Positions 12,262-24,874 of a stretch of 64,000 nt of DNA are shown in pieces. Position 1 is the first letter of the stretch. Each line of letters begins with the position of its first letter. Under the pieces are notes generated by a model. The model did not search any database, had not been told where the DNA came from, and saw only the letters and a list, made by a program, of their open reading frames with translations. The position numbers and the translations under genes were made by a program. Origin of the DNA: Leucoraja ocellata (lineage: Eukaryota); assembly GCA_036785375.1 (NCBI GenBank), contig JAWMAR010000032.1, positions 6,448,001 through 6,512,000 of the forward strand, read 5' to 3'.

Positions 12262-13312
12262 ATCTTCTGAATCTTCTGAATTTGTAGTCGGCAGGGCAGT
12301 ACTCTGCATATTGCCAACTTGGATGTGTTGTAACGTGCTGTTAGTGCCCCCTTGAAACTGTCTGGTGAAGGGCTGAAGGTCTGAAGAAGGGTTTCGGCCC
12401 GAAACGTCGCCTATTTCCTTCGCTCCATAGATGCTGCTGCACCCGCTGAGTTTCTCCAGCATTTTTGTGTACCTTCTGACTATATTGTTGTCTAGTTTAT
12501 TACATTCCCTTAAGGTTCTTACAAAGAAGGTTCTTATCTGTCCTGGCGAATGGGATTTCTATTTGCATATCATTTCTCTTTCTTGTTCTCCTTTCTGTTG
12601 AGTATGTTATGTATCTATCTGCAGTTATGCCCACAATCCCCTTTTGAATCTTGTACAACATGGCAAGTCTGTTTGTTGCCCTTCTTGTTTCCAGCGTTTC
12701 CCACTCCAGGTCGGATAGCATCTGGGGGACACTGCTACCTCTATTGTAGTTCCCGATGCAAATGTGTGCTGCTTTCCACTGTACCCTTTCTGGTTTGTTA
12801 ATATGACCAGTTTTGTACGGGTCCCAGGCGCATGAAACGAATTCCAGTAAGGGTCTAACCAATGTTGTATATGCTGTGGTTTTCACTTCCATTGGGCAGA
12901 ACCAGAGGTTTCGTCTAAGGAATCCTAGTGTCCGGGTTGGCTTTAGTGACTGTGTTGTCCACGTGTTTCCTCCACAAAAGCTTGTTATCAAGATGGACTC
13001 CAAAGTATGGTTGTGAACTTGTATGATGATGTATTTGTCCACAGAAGACGTAGTCTCGAGTAGGTGGTTTCATCCTGTTTGAAATTACCACAATTGACCA
13101 TTTGGTTGGGTTGAAGCTCATCTTCCATGTGTTTTGCCATAATTCCAAGGACTTAAGGTCTTCTTGTAAGGAGTTCATATCCTCTACATCAGTGACAGGT
13201 GTATATACAAGACAATCATCAGCGAAGTCTTGTTTTACAATTTATGTGTTCAGGTAGATCATTATTGTACGTCAGGAACAACAGTGGTCGAGGACCGTGC
13301 CTTGCGGTACTC
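12262..13312 (-). mobile_element. Divergent CR1/L2-group LINE 3' fragment, unlike the resident CR1 family
   Basis: VPQGTV (13297-13310), FADD (about 13215-13227), WQNTWKMSFNPTK, RTLGFLRRNL...LVRPLLEFVSCAWDPY. Tail (TTCAGAAGA)2 near 12262-12280. A Penelope repeat is inserted at about 12377-12476. Confidence 0.75.
12377..12412 (+). ncRNA. Minimal type I hammerhead ribozyme motif in a Penelope terminal repeat
   Basis: AGGT-CTGAAGA-A-GGGT(TTCG)GCCC-GAAAC-GTC-GCCT. Intact core, 4-bp stems I and II, palindromic ACGT in place of stem III. Activity is not shown. Confidence 0.7.
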
Positions 13313-15059
13313 ATAACAGCAGAAGGGAAACCACATTTATAAAAGGACATCTCAGATGTCCTAGAATGGGAAGCCTCTTTCTAGACAGAGATGGAGAAAT
13401 TGAGAGGAGGGGATTGCGTCTTTGTCACCACCTATTTTGGTGTCAGGTGCAAACTTACTCACCATGCGTTGTACATTCTCATCTAAATTGTTGACATAGA
13501 TCAGCACATACAGTATAACAGCAATGGGTCCAGCACCAATCCCTGAGGTACACCACTAATCACAGGCCTTCAGTCTGAAAAACAACCTTGTTCTATCACC
13601 CTCTGCTTCCCACCATGAAGCAAATTCTGTATCCAGCTAGCCAGCTCTCCCACGATCTCCCACCCACTTATTCCTAATCAACCTCTTTTCTTTCAAATGC
13701 ATGTATATCTTATTCCTCAAGACCCTTTCAAGTAAGTTTTCTACCACAGGTGTTAGGCTTACTGGTCGATAGTTCCCAGGCTTTGCTTTGCAGCCCTTAA
13801 ATAGAGGCACAACATTTGCCACCCTCTAGTCTTCCGGCACCAAGTAGTATCTAATGATGATTCCTATATCTCAGCCGGGACTCTTGCAATTTTTTCTCTA
13901 GTTTCCCAGTGCCTTTGGATAAATCTGGTCAGGCGCAGGAGATTTATCTACCTTCATATGTTTTAGGATCTGTGTTCAAAATGAAGAAAAGCAAAGAACA
14001 CTGATGTGGTATCGAGCCAAGGAATGCGGTGAAGCAACGTAGTATCTGAAAACATGACCAAAGCCCTATTTGCAGAACAAGCTTTCAATGTTCAATGTTG
14101 TAGGCAATTTACCAAGCCAATTTACCTACAAACCTGTACGTCTTTAGAGTGTAGGAGGAAAACGGATCTGCCAGAGAAAACCCATGCGGTCACAGGGAGG
14201 AACTCCATACTGACAGCACCTGTAGTCAGGATCGAACCCGGGTCTCTGGCGCTGTAATGCAGCAACTCTACTGCTGCGCCACTGTGCCCTGTTTGCCTAT
14301 ATACATATGGGAGTATGATACTTCACATTTTTACAAAATTAAAACTCATGTAAACACCTCATGAAATAACATGTCCACAGCCTTTTATTCTGCACGTATC
14401 TTACATTGAATTATCAATAAGACAAACACCTTGATAGGAAATTGTCGTTTGTGACCTCCACATAGTGGGCCTTGTGTGATTTTCTCCAGTTTTACCAGAA
14501 CCTGGTCCATGGGTATTCCCTTGCTTGAGAAGGGAATTGAAACTAATAAGCAGGTTGATGCCTTTATCCTCATCACACCAGCATTATTTTCAAATACAAA
14601 TCAAACAAGTTATACTTATTTGAAGTAAAGATAAACAACAAATGATTGTGGTCACCAAATTATACTGATCCTATTTTAACTATACTGAGTCATGCTGACG
14701 TTCATGAAAAGGGAAATAGTTCATGCATGTGACTTTACATAAATTCTCACCACATATTTATGCCTACGTATGTGGAACCAAAAATGAATCAGCAATTACC
14801 ATTTCATGGATTAATTATTACTACATGTCAGTGTCTTTAAGTACAAAGGTAGTTTCAGGACCAGCCCATATTAAGAACTCAGGTTTGGAGTTGTTATTTA
14901 AACCTTCAGTAAAGTTTGTACTGCAGGCACAAAATGTAATGATACTAAAAGATGCAAACCACAAAACATGTTTTTGCAATGAAGTCACTTTTTTGAGTTG
15001 TCATGGATTCTGACTCCTTAAAGAATGCACTGAGGTCATAGTTTGTCTGAAGTGGTGCC

Positions 15060-15700
15060 CTATTAGGCTTCTTTGTACACATTAAAAAAAAACTCTGTTT
15101 GCGTTGGTGCTCCACCCACAAGTAACAACATGACATATAGTGACAGTTACAAATGACTCAGGAAACACTAAACATTAATAATAATAAGGCATTAATGATA
15201 AAACACCATTGATCAAGCATGTGAACCAACAAAATACCAGATCAAAGGGAGGCTACAGATTTTTGGCTGTTGAGTAGAGCAACTACTCGTGGATAAAAAC
15301 TGTTTTTATGTCTGGCTGTGGCAGCTTTGACAATCTGGAGTCGCCTTCCAGAGGGAAGTGATTCAAAGAGTTTGTGGCCAGGGTGAGAGTGGTCAGAGAT
15401 GATCTTGCCCGCTCGCTTACTGGCCCTTGCAGTGTACAGTTCATCAATGGAGGGAAGGTTGCAGTCAATCTTCTCTGTTGATCGGACGATTCGCTGCAGC
15501 CTCCAGGGTGTCGTGCTTGGTGGCTGAGCCAAACCAGACCATGATGGAGAAGGTGACAATAGATTCAGCGATGGCCGTGTAGTATTGGACCATCATTGCC
15601 TGTGGCAGATTGTGCTTCCTCAGCTGCCGCAGGAAGTACATCCTCTGTTGTGCCTTTTTGACTGTGGAGTCGATGGTAGCCCCTCACTTAAGGTCCCCAC
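15060..15700 (-). mobile_element. Rex1-type LINE 3' fragment
   Basis: HPGHKLFESLPSGRR...KNSFYPRVV on the minus strand. Closely similar to the copy at 60860-61600. Confidence 0.82.
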
Positions 15701-18700
15701 TTAATGGGCCGATTGACCTAACTCTATAAACTCATGAAGGTAGATGAAGTAGAGTTGCTGAGCCTGGTGTCAAATAAAGAACAAAAAGACATAACCATAG
15801 GAAAAGGAAGGTTGGATTAAGGGAGAGAATGAAGTACAGATCACACAAATGGAAATAACATTTTGTGAGATTTTTCTTTTTTTTTAAATCTTGTAAAACT
15901 TTTCTCAATCAAAAGGAATTAGACACTGCACTTTGAGATAATTCACTTGTTAAATGAGGGGGTTAATTGGATTGTGGAAGAGTGCATGCTAGATATATCT
16001 CTGTGTTGAGGATTATGCATTAATGTGCTATGCAGCAACTTCATAAAAATCAAAGACAGGCTATGCACAGGATATTGTTTAGTTGTAAATCAACAGCAGA
16101 ACAGCACAAACAGACTAATAACTTGTGCTGGGTCTCAATTCACCCAAACTCTTTTTTCCAGTTTATTATTAGTTATTGTACCTGCCTCGCCCACTTTCTA
16201 TGGTAGTTTGTTCCACCACCCTCTGTGTGGAAAAAAAAGTTGCCCTTTAGGTTCCAATTAAATCTTTCACCTTAAACCAATGCTCTCTAGTTCTTGATTT
16301 CCCCACCCTGGGAAAAAGACTCTGCATTCACCCTCATGATTTTATGCACCTCTATAAGATCACTCCTTAGCCTCCTGCGCTCCAAGATATACATTCCCAG
16401 CCTTGCCAACCTCTCCCTATAATTGATGCCCGCAGGTCCTGATAACATCCTCGTAAATCTTCTCTGCACTCTTTCCAGTTTAATGACAATTTTCCTCTGG
16501 TATGGCCTCCAAAACTGAACACACTACTTCAAATGCAGCTTCAACAACTTTTTGTACAACCCTAACATAACGTCCCAACTTCTACACTCAGTTCCCTGAC
16601 TTATTAAGGCCAAAAGCCTTCTTCACTATTTCATCTACTTTCATGTCCCTAGATCCTTATGGCTCTATCACAATCCCCAGGGGCCCACTGTTCACTGACA
16701 AGGGTCTGTCCTGGTTTGAATTCCCAAAATACAGCACTGTAGGATTGGCACAGTGATGCAGCAGTAGAGTTGCTGCCTTACAGCAAGGGCCGGTTTCTCT
16801 AAACTAAACTAAAAAGGTGTGTATTAAAAATGTGTAAACAAGCTTTCTGTGTGTAGGATAGTGTTAGCGTACGGGGATCGCTGGTCAACTCGGAACTGGT
16901 GGGCCGTCGGGCCTGTTTCCGTGCTGTATCTCGGAAATAAATTCAAAAACCTGCATTTGGCAATGCGAAAACAAAGGAATAGGAAAAGTATGTTAAATAG
17001 TGGCTAATCTTTATATGTGGCTAATCTACGTAAATGCTTAAAGTATTTTTCTGACAAGAAAATCAGACTTTTGACATTTTCAATGGATCTAGCCTCAGCA
17101 CCTTTTTGTAGCTAGTGTTCCAAATTTCTTTTTGTGTGAAATAATGCCCGATGACTTTACCTTTGCAAATGATTCGCTCATGGTTCTGAATCCTCCCCCT
17201 TCTGAAACTCACCTAATTCTCTTTCTATCCTAATAAATCTTTAAATGGAATTAAACACCTCAATTACTTCACCCCTTATCGTCAGAATTGTGCACTCAAG
17301 GCTTTGCAATCTGTCACAATTATTTATGCCTTTTAGTCCCAGTTTCACTCTAATATATCCATTCTTCACCATCTATATTTTCCCTCGGGTGCAGTCTTCA
17401 GGAATAAAGGTAGCAGCATGGAAACCAAACGAGAACTTTTTATGATACCACAGAACATACACATTCTTGTATTCAAATCTTATTGAGATAGGACAATAAT
17501 ATAACATTGTCTCTTTTAATCTGTTGAATTCCCACCTACTAGTAAATTACTTTACATAAATTGGTAGATTGTGAGTGGGCATATTGGTGACGAATAAAAA
17601 ATATGCGATTAACATTCTTCTCATGATTGTAATCGCCTTTCCACAAGTACCTGAATGAATTGAACAAAGTAGTTTCTGTACCACCAGAAAATCTCTTCTC
17701 TCATCTACATTTAAAATATTTCATAATATTTATTTTTTTAATTGCTTATTTTAATTTCAATATATTTTTTAAATATGCCCTTTTTAAAGGCATATTTTTT
17801 TAAATAGCTGAATGTCAGGCATTCAGAAGCTTTGATAACGTTGGTGCCTTCCATTGAAAGTATATTGACAGTAATGCTGGGAACTCATGGCATTTGAGGA
17901 AACAAGGAACTGCAGGTGCTGGTTTACCAAGAAAAGACACAAACTGCTGGAGTAACTCAGCGGGTCAGGCAGCATCCCTGGAGAACATAAATAGGTGACG
18001 TTTCGGGCCAAGACCGTTCTTCAGAACCTGCTGAGTTATTCTGTAACTTTGTGTCTTTCCTTGACATTTATTTGAAGTCCTGTAATTATTTCAGGACACT
18101 CACTGTTTAAGGACTCACTGTTCAGTTCCAGTTTTACCTTAAATGGCGGGACGGGGGTTCCAGTATCCTGAAAAAGGCAATTCCTGGAGAATGAAGAATG
18201 GTAATAGCTGATTACCTTCAGAAAAATCCAGACCATTGCTGTGCCAACTAACCAGAGTCAGCAGCTGATTTTATATAGCTCTTCATTCCTTCTTCTATGT
18301 AAAACAGAGAAGTTCCCAGGGGCACACAACTAACATCCTGCCCATTATTGCATTGCCTCCAAACTTTCAGCCTCCTGTTTCTGAAACAATTTACTGCCCC
18401 AATCCAGTATATTATCTCCTACTTATGTTCTTACAGGATTTTACAGGAAACTTTCTTTTGAAGTCTATATGTGTAACATCGTTGCCAAGTTTTGTTGTTT
18501 CTTTAATAATTTGAACTAAGTTCATTGTACATGGAGTGCCTTCACGTATGCATGCGGGCTCGCTTTATTCTGCTCACACAGGTCTTTGTTGAAAGGCAAT
18601 TATAACCATGCCATGAATGTTTATCGCTTATTTTTATTCATCGTTAATGCGTCCACTAACAATTTACCAAGCAGTTACAATCACAGAAACTCACATTAAA

Positions 18701-19324
18701 AGCAGCGGTACTGGGCCCACCCACTACTCGTTATTTGCCATTTAAATCTGTTCATTTCCCTTTTTAAAACTTGGGACATATTTGGCTTACATTATTAATT
18801 AGTATTGGTAGTTTATTCATGTCTTAAGAACTTCCTGCGTTCCTTTAATCACTGCCTTTGGTCTTAATTTTCATGAAGACCAACTGGAAATTCATCGCTT
18901 AATTGAAATTATTCTCACACATTTACCATAACAAACTACTTTAACCGTCCAAATGCCTGCAGCATCTGTACCATGGAACATTGAGTAGCCCGTTCTGCCT
19001 CTCTCCCAGCCATATTTCCATTGAAAGACATTTAGACAGGTACATGGACAGGAAAGGTTTAGAGGGATCAGGCAGGTGGGACTAGTGTGGTGGGGCGTGT
19101 TAGTTGGCATGGACAAGTTGGGTCGAAGAGCCTGTTTCCATGCTGCATGACTCAATGACTCCAATAACATTTGCATTTCATCTTTCCAGCATTTCAGTCT
19201 TTTTCCCGGTAACTTCGGATAATTAAACACGATGCTGATGGAACTAAGCATATCAAGCAGCATGTGGCGTCACTCTGTAAAGGTCCCGCCTTCTCTGGAA
19301 GAGGGCACGTCTTCCAAATCCTTG

Positions 19325-19465
19325 AAGTTCCTGCATGGCTGAGGAGCTGGTGCAGTGGAGAGAGTTTCAGGTGCTTGTATGGGGCTTTTTTCCAGAGAGG
19401 GCGGAACCTGTACAAGAGGGGCAGATTGAAACTGAACTGGGGCTGCACCAATATAGTGGCAGGCA
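19325..19465 (+). mobile_element. CR1 ORF1 (SGNH esterase-like) remnant
   Basis: AWLRSWCSGESFRCL...RNLYKRGRLKLNWGCTNIVAG resembles the C-terminus of CR1 ORF1. Degraded ORF2-start-like sequence follows at about 20200-20290 and 20600-20680. Confidence 0.55.
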
Positions 19466-20296
19466 GTGACGGAAATCACTATCAAAATATGGAGGGGACC
19501 GGGGGACAGGGGGGACACAATTTCTTGGCGGCCGCGCACGCATGCGCACTCAGACACACACACGTGAGGCTTCGAAGGCTTCTGCCGTAGGCCCTGTGAA
19601 CGGTAATTACAGCTCAATCCAGTGCTAAATGCAACTCAACTCTGCCAGTCTCGCCGGGTTAACCTACAGTCCTGCCTGGACTGACGGAATACCAGTCCGG
19701 AGCCGTGGAGCTAGCGCTGCTTCTCCACACTGGCTATAAGCCTGGGCCATATTTCCCTTAATTCCAGGCAGGGCTGTAGGTTAACCCAGTGGGAGAGGCA
19801 GAGTTGAGCTGGGTTTAGCGCTGCTTCTCTGCGCTGGCTGTGGACCTGGGGGCACCGCGCCTGTTTGACTCCAGACGTCTCTGGCCATCCCCGGTCATGA
19901 GGGTGGGGGGCACTCGGGTGGGGACGGGGATGGTCCAGTGGTGGTTGGGCAGCGATTGCAACGCCGGAGAGCTGCCTGGGATCGAACCTGGCTGCGGATG
20001 AGGCACAGGACTGTGTCCAGGGCTGCCGTTGTGACCCTATGACCTGGGCACGTCTCACCCGCTGAGTTACTCCAGTATTTTATGTCTACCTTTGATTTAA
20101 ACCAGCATCTGCAGTTCTTTCTTACACACTTGATGTAGATATTAATGTGAGCACATTCAGTAGAGTGGAATGGCAGGGTGCAAGTCAGGGTGCAAGGAAG
20201 GTCTAATAGACTAAATTACATTTATGCAATGCAAGATGCCTTACCAGTATGATAGATGAAGTCAATGCCCAGACTGGCACATGGGATTGGCATATA

Positions 20297-20600
20297 GTTT
20301 AGTGTAGTTTAGAGATACAGTGTGGTAACAGGCCCTTCAGCCCACCCACCGAGTCCGCGCCGACCAACGATCACCCTGGACACTAACGCTATCCTACACA
20401 CTAGGGACAATTTACAATTAAACCAAGCCAATTAACCAGCAAACCTGCATGTCTTTGGAAACCGGAGCACCTGGATAAAAACCCATACTGTCACTGGGAG
20501 AACGTACAAACTACGTACAGACAGCACCTGTAGTCAGGATTGAACACGAGTCTCTAACGCTGTAAGGCAGCAACGCTCCCGCTGCATCACCATGCTGCCC
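20297..20600 (-). mobile_element. V-SINE inserted in an old CR1 endonuclease region
   Basis: Full head, V-domain and tail on the minus strand. Confidence 0.82.
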
Positions 20601-22199
20601 GATATAGCCATAATAGAAATATGGCCTGAAGAGTGTAGAATGGGCAACTCAATGTTCCATGGTCCAGATGCTACAGGCATCTCAAGCCCTCTAATCCAAG
20701 CAAGATCCTTGTGAATCTTCCCTGCTCTATCAAAGTCGCTGCCTCAAAAAGGCAGCCAACATCATCCTGGCTGCACACTTATTTCACCATTGCCGTCGGG
20801 AAGAAGGTACAGGAGCCTGAAAACTGTAACGTCCAGGTTCAGGAACAGCTTTTATCCCTACAACCATCAGGCTATTAAACACGACAACAAATAAGCTCTG
20901 AACTGCAACAGACTATTATTATTATTGCACTATATTTGTTATTTATTGAGTATGTGTGCATGTGTATATACACACTGAACTTTTTTTCTTCTCCCGTTAA
21001 GTACTATGTTTACATATTCTGTTGTGCTGCAGCAAGTAAGGATTTCATTGTCCTATCTTGGTTATATTTTGTTGGTATCATTTAAAAATAAATTGGATAG
21101 GCATATGGATGAGAAGGGAATGGAGGGTTATGGTATGAGTGCAGGCAGGTGGGACTAAGGGAAAATAATTGTTCGGCACGGACTTGTAGGGCCGAGATGG
21201 CCTGTTTCCGTGCTATAATTGTTATATTTCTGTGTTATTTTTTCACACAGAGAGTGGTGAATCTCTGGAACTCTCTGCCACAGAGGGTAGTTGAGGCCAG
21301 TTCATTGGCTATATTTAAGAGGGGGTTAGATGTGGCCCTTGTGGCTAAGGGGATCAGGGGGTATGGAGAGAAGGCAGGTACGGGATACTGAGTTGGATGA
21401 TCAGCCATGATCATATTAAATGGCGGTGCAGGCTCGAAGGGCCGAATGGCCTACTCCTGCACCTAATTTCTATGTTTCTATGTTTCTATATGGTTATATG
21501 GTTATCTGGGACATGTGACAATAAAACACTCTTCACTCTAGCTTAATCACATCTTTCCTGTAATGTTGGGATCAGAACGACACACAATATTCCGTGTAGC
21601 CTAACCGACATTTTGTGCAACTGGTTCAGAAGTTACACCCAAGAAGATTAGCTGCACTAACTAATCAGAACAGGTTGGGGCAACAATTGCCCTCAGTTCC
21701 TGTGAAGGAGAAAAAGGTTCAGACGGATTTTCTGTTCACTGCTCGTTTGTGCCCCACTGAAAAGCATTAATATTCATTGAGTAGGGAGAATATCAAGTTT
21801 AGTTTTGATTAACAAATAGGTCAATTGATACTCACACATGAATTGGGAGGATACCTGAAGGCGTCTGGTTGCCATGGGCCTACATCCCAGCGGGAGTCAA
21901 ATATTTCATCAGGGGAGAGACAAAAGGAAAACAGTTAAAGGAAAAAAACCTTAAACAGAATTATTGAAATTTATACTAAATGCATTGTTTCACTGTGTGC
22001 TTTATTTTTATTTCTAATAATTCTTGTGACACAGCAATCATGCAACCTATTCTGCCATGTTTGAATTTCTTGGCCTTTTTATTTACAAATCTTAACCCTT
22101 CTTTCCTTCCTCGATAGATTTGAACTTTCCCTTTATTTGTTGATCCTAATTGGACAAATCTTTCAGGCAACATGTTGATATCTAAAACCTAAAATCTAA

Positions 22200-23592
22200 A
22201 GATCTCTCCTGGTCCCAGAACACTGATGCAATCATAAAGAAAGCACATCAGCACCTCTACTTCCTGAGAAGATTATGGAGAGTCAGTATGTCAAGGAGGG
22301 CTCTCTCGAACTTGTACAGGTGCACAGTAGAGAGCATGCTGACCGGTTGCATCGTGGCTTGGTTCGGCAACCTGAGCGTCCTGGAGTGGAAAAGGCTGCA
22401 AAAGGTTGTAAACACTGCCCAGTCCATCATCGGCTCTGACCTCCCGACCATCGAGGGGACCTATCGCAGTCGCTGCCTCAAAAAGGCTGGCAGCATCATC
22501 AAGGACCCACACCATCCTGGCCACACACTCATCTCTCCGCTGCCATCAGGTAGAAGGTACATGAGCCTGAAATCTGCACCAACCAGGTTCAGGAACAGCT
22601 TCTTCCCCACAGCCATCAGACTATTACAACTTCAAATAAACACTGAACTATAACAGCCTATTGCACTTTATTGCGTGCGGTCCGTTTGTCTTTTCTTATT
22701 TTGTTTTCTTTTGTCCCATTGTTACAGTTTATTTTGGTTTATTTAGTTGTGTATGTGTGGGGGGGTGGGTGAAACATGTTTTTTGACTCTTCCTTCGGGA
22801 GGGATGCGACCTTTCTTGCCGTGTCCCCGGTCTCCGTCTGCACTGAGGCCTATTGCGGAGCTGGTGGCCTCCAACTGGGACCGACCTCGAGGCTCCGGAG
22901 GCAGAGCCAGCCAGAACTTACCAACGCGAGGCTGGCCGACTTCGGGGCTGTGGTGGCGTTGCGACCCAACTTCCGACCCGACTTTGGAGCCTCGGAGGCT
23001 CGGCCGCGGGCCAGTAGACGACATCGTCGGGAGCTCGCAGGCCACATGTTGGTGCCCTGTTTTTCCGGAGCTCCTGCAACAACAGCTTCGTCCGCTAGAC
23101 TGGAGGGCGGCAGCTTTGGCAGCTTCGACCGCCCCAGGCCGCGGAGTTTGAACCGGCCCGTTTGCGGAGCTCGGATTCAGCCGCGGGATTTGCTTACCAT
23201 CACCCGGCGGGGTCACAACATTGAAGGCCTGGATTGCCTCAGCACAGAGGGAGAGCAAGGAGGGAAGAGACAAGGACTTTGGGATTTTTTGCCTTCCATC
23301 ACAGTGAGGAGGTGCCTGGTGGACTCACTGTGGTGGATGTTAAACTGTGTTGAGTGTGTGTTTTGGCATTTATTCTATGTTATGACTGCAGGCTAAACCA
23401 TTTTGTTGCACTGAAAAGTGCAATGACAATAAAATTGAATCTAATCTATCTAATTTAATCTAATCTGTTTATTTATGTATATATAAATTCTATGATATAT
23501 GGACACACTGATCTGATCTGTATTTATGCCTACAATATTCTGTTGTGCTGCAGCAAGCAAGAATTTCATTGTCCTATCTGAGACACATGACA
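22200..23592 (+). mobile_element. Rex1-type LINE 3' fragment interrupted by a GC-rich non-autonomous element
   Basis: ORF 22288-22653 (YRCTVESML...FRNSFFPTAIR). The 3' UTR resumes at about 23465 and ends AATAAACTCTCTTGACTTGA. Confidence 0.8.
22672..23466 (+). mobile_element. GC-rich non-coding retroelement with Rex1-like 3' tail
   Basis: Ends GACAATAAA-(TAATC)n. Shares TGCCTTCCATCACAGTGAGGA with the minus-strand element at 42895-43610. Confidence 0.6.
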
Positions 23593-24179
23593 ATAAACTC
23601 TCTTGACTTGACGAGCTGTTCCTTCATTGAAATACTTCGATTCTAGCTGCTTAATGAAGCAGCTACACGTTTAAATTCTAGAGAGACATATTTCCATGGT
23701 ATGGAAAATTTAGGACAACAATATGTGCTAAAATTAGAGGTGACATTTTTAGGAGAGAAGGGACACATTATTCAGAAATGGTGGTGTAGGTTTTGCAGTC
23801 TGTTCTGCAAATAGTATTTGATTCTGGATCCATTGTTAACATGGGGTGAAAGACTGATGGTTTTCTATTATTCAAAGGCACTATATGATATGGGGTGGAC
23901 GTACAAGTGTGTGGAGTCAGGTAACAGATCAGCTCAGATTAACTCATTCAATACCACGTCAGGATCTAGGGCCTCCTTCTACTCCAATTCCAATTTCCCT
24001 TGCATGACATTTACAATTCAAACCAATTTAAATACTTGCGGAAAGCACGGATGGTGATCGTACATGATTTATAGTCCATTTAAGTGGTCTTTGCAAACTA
24101 CAATAAGCAGACACCATAACAAAAGTCTTCTGATAAAAGCAGGTTTTTATTTCTCACAAAATATAAAGGGTGTTTTCGT

Positions 24180-24506
24180 TTTAGCTTTTTAGTTTAGAAT
24201 ACAGCAAGGAAACAGGACCTTCGGCCCACCGAATCCATGCCGACCATCGATCACCCGTCCGCACAAGTTCTATGATTTTGCACTTTCTCATCCACTCCCA
24301 CATACTAGGGGCAATTTACAGAGGCCAATTAACCAACAAACCTGCACGTCTGTGAGATGCGGGAGGAAACTGGAGCACCCGCCCGAAACCCACGCGATCA
24401 CTGCGAGAACACGCAAACCCCGCACAGACAGCATCTGGGGTCAGAATCGAACCGGAGTCTGGTGCTGTGAGGCAGCTGCCCTACCCGCTGCTCCACTGTG
24501 CCACCC
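24180..24506 (-). mobile_element. V-SINE copy
   Basis: Head, V-domain and (TTTAG)n tail in minus orientation. Confidence 0.8.
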
Positions 24507-24874
24507 TCTGTTGGATATAGTTACATGAATTATGCAAATAAAATCAATCAAATTACTTATGATGGTGTCATCTCTAAACATGATTGATGAGAGGAACTAT
24601 TCAAATCATCCTGCTTCTTGTTGAACACATATCCATTTGTAAGTTGTGTAGGAAAGAACTGCAGATGGTGGTTTAAACCAAAGACACAAAAACCTGGAGT
24701 AACTCAGCGGGACAGGCAGCATCTCTGGAGAGAAGGAATGGGTGATGTTTTGGTTCAAGACCCTTCTTCAGGGGTCCATTTGTAAGTTAATTAGACAGAC
24801 CAGCATGGGTAATGGGTAATTAAACCATTTCATTTTTCATTAAAGCACAGAGTGTTTCTAAACAACCCAAGTAG

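Noticed and set aside
22743-23396. Overlapping 134-206 aa ORFs on both strands
   Set aside because: Expected from the low stop-codon density of a GC-rich repeat; no protein family motif.
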